Positions 56,234 through 64,000 of a stretch of 64,000 bases of DNA are shown one piece after another (within the stretch, counting starts at the first letter, position 1; each line of letters starts with the position of its first letter). The notes beneath the pieces are model-generated. The model saw only the letters and a list, made by a program, of their open reading frames with translations. It was not told where the DNA came from and searched no databases. A program made the position numbers and the translations under genes. Source of the DNA: an uncultured virus (IMG/VR IMGVR_UViG_3300030380_005539) (taxonomy: Duplodnaviria; Heunggongvirae; Uroviricota; Caudoviricetes); the IMG/VR virus record IMGVR_UViG_3300030380_005539, positions 62,001 through 126,000 of that record, one strand, 5' to 3'.

Positions 56234-58150
56234 ATGGCAGGAGAATTCACACCAGGTAGTGATGATTGGTTTAAAGAAAAACTAAAAAATCAAAAAGAAT
56301 TAATTCGTGAAAGTAAAAATTGGCGAGACAGTTTAGATGGTATTAGTAGAGATGAACGTAAGGCAGAATTAGAGGGTATAAAACAAAAAAAGGAAGCTTT
56401 AAGTAAACTTACTCTTGAAACTGAGGAACAAAAAAAAAATGCAGAAGAACTACTTAAGATTTATGAAAAACAAGAAAAAATATATAAATCTCAATACGAA
56501 GTTACTGGTAGAATTACACAAGAAGTTAAGGTTACGTATAGACAATTTCAAAACTTTTTAACCACTAGTGCCGATCAATATAATTACGCACAAAAAATTG
56601 CCAAAGAATATTTAATGGTTTCTAGAAATATTGGTGCAGGTGCAGCACATCAAGAAAGATTAACTAGAACATTTAAAGATACTTTACCAGAAGTTGAACA
56701 AATGGGTGGTAGTATGGAAGATATTACTAATATGATGGAAACTATGGCAGATGAATCAGGTAGAATGAAAATTTTAGATAATGAAGATGTCATTAACATT
56801 GAAAAAATATCTAGAGGTGTTAATTTAAGTGCTTCTGAAACTGCAAAAATGGCAGAAATGTTTGACTTAATGGGTATTTCTACAAACGCAATGACTAAAG
56901 GATTAGAAGATGTTTTTAAAGAATCTCAAAAATTAGGGTTAAATGCATCAAAAGTAGTAAAACAACTATCAAGTAATATGAAATCTATCCAATCATATTC
57001 ATTTGCTAGTGGTGTAAGAGGTATGACTGAAATGGCTAAACAAGCGGTTAAAATGAGGATTGATGTTTCTGATGTATTACAAATGGCAGATAAATTCTAT
57101 CAACCAGAAGCGGCGATTGAAGCAGCAGCTAACTTACAGATGTTGGGTGGAGATATAGCAAAAGCATTTGGTGATCCTTTTGAGACTATGTATATGGCTC
57201 GTAATAAACCAGAAGAATTAGCGAATAAATTGGAAGACATGACTAAAAACATGTTACAATTTAACGAAGAAAGTGGTAGATACGAATTACCCGCAGAAGC
57301 TAGAATGCAATTAAAAGCGGCAGGTGATCAATTGGGTATCAATACAGAGAAAATGGTTGAAATGGCTAGACAATCTAGTAAAATTAACGACCTTAAAATG
57401 AAGTTTACGGCTATTGGTGATAATGAAATGAAAGAAAACTTAGCATCTTTAGCTAAATTTTCAGAAGAAAAAGGAGAATTTGTTATCCAACACAACGGTG
57501 AAGAATTAGGATTAGATGAAGTTAACGAATCTATGGTTGATGAGATAATGGAAGCTAATGCAAATGAAGGTAAAACAGATAGTGATTTATTTAAAAATAT
57601 TGCAATAAACACTCAAACTATGAGTGAACAATTGCAGAGTTTAAAAGAAAGTGGTAAAGCTGCAATTGCAGGTGGTACAGATTTATATGAGATAACTGCA
57701 GAAAATATGAAAAAGACTTTAGTAACACCTATGAAAAATACTATGGATGTTGCCGTAAAACAATTTCAAGAAGCGTTTAAACCAGGTGCTTTATTTGAAT
57801 CAGATGAATGGACTAATGCTACTAATGAATTTGGAGAAACTATGGGTAAAATGGGTGATGAATTAAATGATTTCATTAATAATTTACCAAAAATACCAAC
57901 AAATACCGGTCCCGGTAACACCAACAATACAGGTGACCCTAATAGCGGTCCAGGTAATACAGGAAATCCTACTGCGTCAGTAACTAAAAATCAAAATATT
58001 AATTTAGATGTTGCAATAAATGGGTCTGGAACATTTACACCTGCACAACTGCAAATGATTCAGGATGAAATTACACGAAAAATTGTGAATGGGATAGAAA
58101 TAAAAACAGATGGAACTGATATTGAGGTAGTAATTAATAATATAACTTAA
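56234..58150 (+). CDS. Tape measure protein (putative)
   Basis: Helical Ala/Met/Lys/Glu-rich 638 aa; PEAAIEAAANLQMLGG...DPF..MY.A motif; located after the chaperone and before the baseplate genes. Confidence 0.75.
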   Translation: MAGEFTPGSDDWFKEKLKNQKELIRESKNWRDSLDGISRDERKAELEGIKQKKEALSKLTLETEEQKKNAEELLKIYEKQEKIYKSQYEVTGRITQEVKVTYRQFQNFLTTSADQYNYAQKIAKEYLMVSRNIGAGAAHQERLTRTFKDTLPEVEQMGGSMEDITNMMETMADESGRMKILDNEDVINIEKISRGVNLSASETAKMAEMFDLMGISTNAMTKGLEDVFKESQKLGLNASKVVKQLSSNMKSIQSYSFASGVRGMTEMAKQAVKMRIDVSDVLQMADKFYQPEAAIEAAANLQMLGGDIAKAFGDPFETMYMARNKPEELANKLEDMTKNMLQFNEESGRYELPAEARMQLKAAGDQLGINTEKMVEMARQSSKINDLKMKFTAIGDNEMKENLASLAKFSEEKGEFVIQHNGEELGLDEVNESMVDEIMEANANEGKTDSDLFKNIAINTQTMSEQLQSLKESGKAAIAGGTDLYEITAENMKKTLVTPMKNTMDVAVKQFQEAFKPGALFESDEWTNATNEFGETMGKMGDELNDFINNLPKIPTNTGPGNTNNTGDPNSGPGNTGNPTASVTKNQNINLDVAINGSGTFTPAQLQMIQDEITRKIVNGIEIKTDGTDIEVVINNIT

Positions 58151-58169
58151 AAAAAATTTGTTTCTACTA

Positions 58170-58300
58170 TTGACTTTTTAAAATTATTTTCTTATATTTG
58201 ACCAGAAATAGACCTTAAAAATTATAAATAATTATTAAAACTAGAATAAATATAATAAATAAACTAGTAATAATCTATTAATTATATATAATATATAATT
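58170..58300 (+). promoter_or_regulatory. Host-type promoter followed by an AT-rich non-coding tract with repeats (origin-like)
   Basis: TTG (58170)...TATATTTG (58193-58200); AAACTAG at 58238 and 58261; inverted repeat AATTATATAT-A-ATATATAATT at 58280-58300. Confidence 0.45.
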
Positions 58301-58348
58301 TTATCTCCTGAAATTTAGCCTTTAAATATTTATATATAAAGAATATTT

Positions 58349-61300
58349 ATGTCAGGCATTTTAAATCAAACATTATATACTACTAATTTTGGTGTGTTAA
58401 GCACTGAAGATTTACGAGATATATTATTAAGTAAAAATTTACCTCCACCAACTAATAGAACTTTAGTTGAAGGGGGTTTAACCTCTAAACTTGATGATAT
58501 AGGTAATATTGTAAAAGTACCTGTTAATGGTGTACAAAGTGAAAATACTGTTATTTCTTATAACGAAGATGAAAATATCATTACGGAAGGAGAAAATTTC
58601 AGAGACACTCAAAACGTAAATAATAACAGATATATTCCGCCGACAGATGGTTATGAGGAATTTAGTGTTGTAATACCTTCTGAACCTTATTTCGATTCTT
58701 CAGTGAAAGATAGAATTCCATACCCTTTATTTTCTAATACTGAAAGTTTTACTTTATTAAGTAGAGGAGATTCTCCTTATGTTACTTTTCCATTTGATGT
58801 TATAGACAAAATGTCAACACTAAATTATAACAATGAATCATCTTTAGGTATTATAGGTGCTGGAGAATTAAAAACTAACGTTATTAGTAAAGTTTCTCAA
58901 ATACAAAATAAAATGTCTAGTGATTTAATTAAATTTGCTATAACATATTTTCAACCACCTGAAGATGAAGCAACTGATTTTGAAGATAGAATGAGAGGAG
59001 AACCTTCAAACGGAGGAATTCTACCTGATGAATCGATAGGTTGGCAAGAATATAATAGACAATTAAAAAGTAATAAAGGGGGTAAGAGTAATGATAAAAA
59101 TCAGAGTTCTCCTGTTATATCTACAGAACAAAGAAGTAATTCTTTAATTAGTAATACAGGTATCAATCAAACAACGTTTTTATTTAATGCTTTAGGTTTA
59201 AATTTATATGTACCAAATTATACAGACAGAAGATTATCATCAACATCTGATGGTGGTACATCTAGTAGATATTATATAGGTAGTGAAAGAACTACTAATA
59301 GAGGTAGTAAAATAATGACTACTTTTACTTCTGAAGATTTTAATGGTGCAGATGGTATTAATTCAGAACAAGTAGGACAGACTACAGTTGGTAGGAATTA
59401 TTATTGGGAATTTAAAGATAGTAATAATTTTAATAATAAAACTTTATTATCGGAGACACAAAATTTAGTAAATAACTTTTCTGATGATGTGTACATAGAT
59501 CAAACTAAAAAGTTTTTTAAAGATAGAGTAAAAGGTAGATTAATTAGTAGAGGTAATGCTATAAGTAGTGAATCTTTTGAATCTGCAATTAAAAACGGTA
59601 AATTTTGTAGGGTATGGACACCAAATAATCCTTATAAATATAGTAATGCAATTAGAAAAAGTGGTTTATTTAGTTCAGATAGTAAAAATAAACCAGGTTT
59701 TTCTGTTACATCTGATAATGCATCTTTAAGTGTATTACAAAGTAACGGTTTTCCTAAGACACATTCTACAGAAATAGATAGAACAACATCTTTTAAAAAG
59801 TATATGTTATCTATTGAAAATTTAGCGTGGGCAGATAATTTAGCAGATTTAACATTAGATGAAATTGGACCTGGCGATCCATTAAGTAGAAATAAAGGTA
59901 GAATTATGTGGTTTCCTCCATATGATTTAGGATTTGATGAGAATATGAGTGCCAATTGGACTAAAACAGATTTTATAGGTAGAGGTGAACCTGTATATAC
60001 ATATAATAATTCTACTCGTAGCGGACAGTTAAAATTTAAGGTATTGGTTGACCACCCTAAAGTAATAAATGCATATAGAGGTAGAAGAACAAATGAAATA
60101 GAAAGATTTTTTGCTGGTTGTATATCACCACAAGAGTTTTTAGATTTATTAGATAATAGCCAAGGTGTTAGTCAAAATACTAAAAACGAAATAGAAAAAA
60201 AATTAAATATACAAAAACAACAATCTACTGCGTCTAACTATAGTGCTAGTGAAAAATACGTATTAAAATTTGATAAAAATAGTGACACAGGTGTAAGTAT
60301 CGATGCGGCATCTATAACAGAATTTTTAAATATTCAAAAAAATAGTGATAAAACAGTAAAAATTAATATCAATGGTTTTGCATCTAAAGATGAAACTAAT
60401 GCAACTACGTTGGCTAGTAAAAGGGCTACTGACATCAAAGCACAAGTAGAATCGGTAGTAAACTCAATAAGTAATGTAAATTCTACTACTGTTGTAAAAT
60501 CTAGTGTTATTGACATAAGTGGTGATGAGAATAGTAGGAGAGTAGACATTAAAATAAGTTATGATGCGGTTAATGATAATACCGCACAACACCAACAAAC
60601 TGATATGAATAGTAATTTAGTTTCTCTACCTTTAGATTCACAAATAGTAGATAATTTAAGAATTGATGAAACAAGATATTTTGATTTCATAGGGGAGGAA
60701 TATCCTGAGTATTTTGAAACTATTTCAGAAAAAATTAAATATTTTCATCCAGGATTCCACTCAACTACGCCAGAAGGTTTAAACACAAGATTAACATTTT
60801 TACAACAATGTTTAAGACAGGGACCTAGTATATATGATAAAGCTAACTCTACTGGTATAAAAGCGCAAAACTTAGCTTTTGGTAGACCACCTATATGTAT
60901 TTTAAGAATAGGTGATTACATTAACACTAAAATCACAATTAATAGTTTAAGTATTACTTATGCTACTGGTAATTCACCTCAGTGGGATTTAAATCCAGAA
61001 GGTATAGGTGTACAACCAATGATGGCAGATGTTACATTATCTATTGATATTATAGGTGGGCAATCCTTACAAGGACCTATTAGTAGATTACAAAACGCAT
61101 TATCATTTAATTACTATGCAAATACAGAAATGTATGAAAGAAGAAGTGATAAATTAGAAGTTGAAGCATTTATAGGTGCTAGAATAATTGATGGTAGAAA
61201 TAGTCTATTTAGCGAATTATTACCGGGTATTGCAAATATAGGTCAAAAAATAAAATTAATAGGAGACTCACCTAATGCTAGTCTTAAACAAGAAGTACCT

Positions 61301-61813
61301 CTAAATCAGGCATCACAGAATACTGGTGAGTCACAACCTACAATACCATCTAATAGTATTGAAATAAATATTAATCCTAATGGACAAAATGTAATAGTGG
61401 AAACACTTATAAATTCAATATTAACACCATTACCAAACCCCATAAATGTAGTTATAACTGATAGTGGTAGTGATATAGTACATATAGATGAAGTATTCAC
61501 TAGTAAAAGTAATACTATAGAACTAAGTAACATACCAATATTTAGTATTGCTTTTAGTCAATCTCAAGATATTGTAGACTTTAATGGCGATATACTAGAT
61601 TTACAAGCGGAATATGATTCATTATCAAACACAAGTGCATATAACATAAATAGAAAAAGTCAAATACAAACAGAGATACAAAATATAGAAAACAGTATAG
61701 ATGAATTAAAAGAATCTATAATTAGTGTTAGTATAAGTGTATCATATGAAAACGATGGAGAAGAACTTCAACGTAATCAAACATTTACTATTTCAGATAA
61801 TAAATTATTATAA
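58349..61813 (+). CDS. Baseplate/tail-tube-initiator-like protein with inserted OmpA-like domain
   Basis: FPPY...F.E...ANW....IGR.EPVYTY...RS and PPICILRIGD....K..I.SL.I.Y....WD motifs; ININGFAS...LASKRA...RRVDI near 60256-60560. Confidence 0.65.
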   Translation: MSGILNQTLYTTNFGVLSTEDLRDILLSKNLPPPTNRTLVEGGLTSKLDDIGNIVKVPVNGVQSENTVISYNEDENIITEGENFRDTQNVNNNRYIPPTDGYEEFSVVIPSEPYFDSSVKDRIPYPLFSNTESFTLLSRGDSPYVTFPFDVIDKMSTLNYNNESSLGIIGAGELKTNVISKVSQIQNKMSSDLIKFAITYFQPPEDEATDFEDRMRGEPSNGGILPDESIGWQEYNRQLKSNKGGKSNDKNQSSPVISTEQRSNSLISNTGINQTTFLFNALGLNLYVPNYTDRRLSSTSDGGTSSRYYIGSERTTNRGSKIMTTFTSEDFNGADGINSEQVGQTTVGRNYYWEFKDSNNFNNKTLLSETQNLVNNFSDDVYIDQTKKFFKDRVKGRLISRGNAISSESFESAIKNGKFCRVWTPNNPYKYSNAIRKSGLFSSDSKNKPGFSVTSDNASLSVLQSNGFPKTHSTEIDRTTSFKKYMLSIENLAWADNLADLTLDEIGPGDPLSRNKGRIMWFPPYDLGFDENMSANWTKTDFIGRGEPVYTYNNSTRSGQLKFKVLVDHPKVINAYRGRRTNEIERFFAGCISPQEFLDLLDNSQGVSQNTKNEIEKKLNIQKQQSTASNYSASEKYVLKFDKNSDTGVSIDAASITEFLNIQKNSDKTVKININGFASKDETNATTLASKRATDIKAQVESVVNSISNVNSTTVVKSSVIDISGDENSRRVDIKISYDAVNDNTAQHQQTDMNSNLVSLPLDSQIVDNLRIDETRYFDFIGEEYPEYFETISEKIKYFHPGFHSTTPEGLNTRLTFLQQCLRQGPSIYDKANSTGIKAQNLAFGRPPICILRIGDYINTKITINSLSITYATGNSPQWDLNPEGIGVQPMMADVTLSIDIIGGQSLQGPISRLQNALSFNYYANTEMYERRSDKLEVEAFIGARIIDGRNSLFSELLPGIANIGQKIKLIGDSPNASLKQEVPLNQASQNTGESQPTIPSNSIEININPNGQNVIVETLINSILTPLPNPINVVITDSGSDIVHIDEVFTSKSNTIELSNIPIFSIAFSQSQDIVDFNGDILDLQAEYDSLSNTSAYNINRKSQIQTEIQNIENSIDELKESIISVSISVSYENDGEELQRNQTFTISDNKLL

Positions 61814-61818
61814 GTATT

Positions 61819-62145
61819 ATGAGTACAGAATATTATAACCGATATCAAAAATTCAACTTTAATGGTAAATACACACCGTTACCATTTATAAAAATAGAGC
61901 CTAAATCTAGTGATAAATCAGTTTTATATAGACAAACTCAAAGTAGAATGGACAAATTAAGTCAAGAATATTATGGAAACCCTTATCACGGTTGGTTAAT
62001 TATGTTAGCTAATCCACAGTATGGGGGGGTAGAAGAGTCAATACCAAATAATGAAATAATAAGAATACCTTTTCCGTTTAAAGACAGTTTACAACAATAT
62101 ATTTCTGAAGTACAAAAATATCAGAAATTAAACGGAACGGGTTAA
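61819..62145 (+). CDS. Baseplate wedge protein (gp53/LysM-like)
   Basis: RMDKLSQEYYGNPYHGWLIMLANP...IIRIP. Confidence 0.75.
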   Translation: MSTEYYNRYQKFNFNGKYTPLPFIKIEPKSSDKSVLYRQTQSRMDKLSQEYYGNPYHGWLIMLANPQYGGVEESIPNNEIIRIPFPFKDSLQQYISEVQKYQKLNGTG

Positions 62146-62155
62146 ATTTTAAGTT

Positions 62156-64000
62156 ATGGGAGAAGAAGAAAAAGATGTTGAGGTTAAACAAGTTGGTGCG
62201 GGTTTAATGTTAGTAGATCCTAACCCTTCAGGTAGAAATGTTTTACCTGCAGAAGACATGTTTATTTATATTAGTTTGACTGCGGAAGAACGTAATAGGG
62301 GGGTGGCAACTATTGGTGAAAATGAAAATGAGTTTGAAGAGAGTAGATTTGGTATTATTGAATTTGTATCAACAGAAGTAAAATACAATCAAGCTGGTGA
62401 ACCACAAAAAAATATAATGGGAGATGTCAAATCTTATGCAACTACAAGTTATACTAATATTGGGGGTATTCAAAACAGTTTAGGTAGTGGATTACTAGAA
62501 GGTTTCGGTATAACATCTATTAACATAAAATACAATACTAGTTTAATACCACAAGTAGACATTGATTTTACAGATGTAAGGGGTAGTGGGCTATTTGATG
62601 TTATAGAACAAGATAATAGAAAATCACCATATAGTATATTTTTTAAAATGCCTTATCCTATTTTTAATTTGACTGTAAAGGGATATTTTGGTAAACCTGT
62701 ATCATATTGTTTAAATTTGGTTAACTGGACATCAAAATTCGATGCTGGAACTGGTAATTTTAATATTTCCGCAAATTTTTTAGGGTTTCAACAAGCATTT
62801 CTTGCAGATATTACAATAGGAGATATAATTGGTACACTTAATACAGAAATAGGATTAAAAAATTTAACTGAGTTACCACTCACAGTTGGGACAATTAAAA
62901 ATGGAACAAGTGATGGAACTCAAACAATAGATACACCTTCATTAGATGATTTTGTGAAACAATTAAGTAAATTACAGATAGACTTAGAAGAATTAAAAAT
63001 AGAAAATACTAAATATAAAGAACTACAAATATTAAATACACAGGAGAAAAAAGTAGAAGAAATATTAAGCTTTATTGGTAGTCCAATACCAAAAGCAAAC
63101 ATCGATACTTATAAGGACAAAACTAGTGCACCACCTTACTTATCACAATTAAATTCACCAAATACAACAAATACAAGTGGAATTAAATCAGTAAATTTAA
63201 CTTTAGGTGAAAATTATTTATCTATAAGAGATTTATTATTTGTTAAGTCTACAATGATTCCATCATTAAACTTATATATGAATGATTTAAATAATCTTAT
63301 TACAGACTATGTTAATTTTTATGGTGAAAATAAAAGTAGTCTTAGTAATAATGATAATATCGCTAAAGGAGTATTAGGTGGATCAGCAACGAAAAATACA
63401 GAGTACTGGAGATTTTCCGAAAATACAGATGGTGAAAACGTAAATTACGATGAGTTTACATTAAATTTTGGATCCGGTGCTGGTCAAAGTGGTTTCTTTT
63501 CTCCTTCAGAATTAAATAATATTAATAATCAAATTGATTTTTTTATAGATTTTGAAATTTCTAAAAAAGGACAATTAACTTTACTTGAATTTATTGATGA
63601 AATAAGGCGTGAAGATAGTATATTAACTAAAAATAATCCAAGCGAATATGATGAAGCTAATAATAACTTTGATGTATCTCAAATTGTTATAAACGACTAT
63701 TCTAAAGACACTAATAATAATGAGCCTGGTAACTTAAATAGTGGTTTTGGTAACGCTACACCTGGAATAATATTAGACTTTAGGGCAATCAGAATGATGG
63801 TGAATGATATGTTAATTAATATTCGTAAATCAAAAAAGAAAAAAGAGGAAAAATTAGTAGAAGAATTAAATAATTCTTTATCGGAAAGATTAGGGTATAA
63901 ACCTACAATAGGTACAGTATTTCAGATACTATGTAATAATGCACAAGCTTTTTTAATGACAATATTTGATATTGGTTATTCTGCAGAAAGGAAGAACAAA
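62156..64000 (+). CDS. Large baseplate hub-like protein, partial (runs off the right edge)
   Basis: ATG at 62156; MGEEEKDVEV...EGFGITSINIKYN...PQVDIDFTDVRG...FFKMPYP.FNLTVKGYFG; no in-frame stop noticed before the window end. Confidence 0.7.
   Translation, partial: MGEEEKDVEVKQVGAGLMLVDPNPSGRNVLPAEDMFIYISLTAEERNRGVATIGENENEFEESRFGIIEFVSTEVKYNQAGEPQKNIMGDVKSYATTSYTNIGGIQNSLGSGLLEGFGITSINIKYNTSLIPQVDIDFTDVRGSGLFDVIEQDNRKSPYSIFFKMPYPIFNLTVKGYFGKPVSYCLNLVNWTSKFDAGTGNFNISANFLGFQQAFLADITIGDIIGTLNTEIGLKNLTELPLTVGTIKNGTSDGTQTIDTPSLDDFVKQLSKLQIDLEELKIENTKYKELQILNTQEKKVEEILSFIGSPIPKANIDTYKDKTSAPPYLSQLNSPNTTNTSGIKSVNLTLGENYLSIRDLLFVKSTMIPSLNLYMNDLNNLITDYVNFYGENKSSLSNNDNIAKGVLGGSATKNTEYWRFSENTDGENVNYDEFTLNFGSGAGQSGFFSPSELNNINNQIDFFIDFEISKKGQLTLLEFIDEIRREDSILTKNNPSEYDEANNNFDVSQIVINDYSKDTNNNEPGNLNSGFGNATPGIILDFRAIRMMVNDMLINIRKSKKKKEEKLVEELNNSLSERLGYKPTIGTVFQILCNNAQAFLMTIFDIGYSAERKNK

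Overview
AT-rich 64 kb segment of a large myovirus (jumbo-type, contractile tail), read in the standard genetic code. The host is most likely a Bacteroidota bacterium: there are TTTG-N19-TAnnTTTG promoters, A-rich translation starts without Shine-Dalgarno sites, and a fibre domain resembling Bacteroidota surface proteins. Layout: (1) 1-5.8 kb: HD-fold protein, glycosyltransferase, two host-promoter-driven genes and a leftward operon including a stand-alone WYL protein. (2) 5.9-32.7 kb: about 27 kb of mosaic fibre/adhesin genes carrying LamG, peptidase S74 chaperone, Gly-X-Lys collagen, cupredoxin-like, Cys-rich and beta-helix modules. (3) 32.7-39.9 kb: family B DNA polymerase, a frameshifted neck gene, a lysyl-hydroxylase-like 2OG-Fe(II) oxygenase fused to glutaredoxin, and a SNF2 helicase. 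(4) 39.9-64 kb: neck/tail completion genes, a small RHH regulator with a candidate operator, tail sheath, tube, chaperone (likely programmed frameshift), tape measure and baseplate genes, interspersed with unrelated proteins sharing a charged N-terminal leader ending in (L/I/V)xE. Best candidates for undescribed biology: a leader-addressed head-cargo system, a possible collagen lysyl-hydroxylation/glycosylation pathway, a blue-copper-site fibre, an RHH switch at the sheath promoter and a promoter-plus-AT-rich origin-like element. All family calls come from motif recognition by eye; no searches were run.
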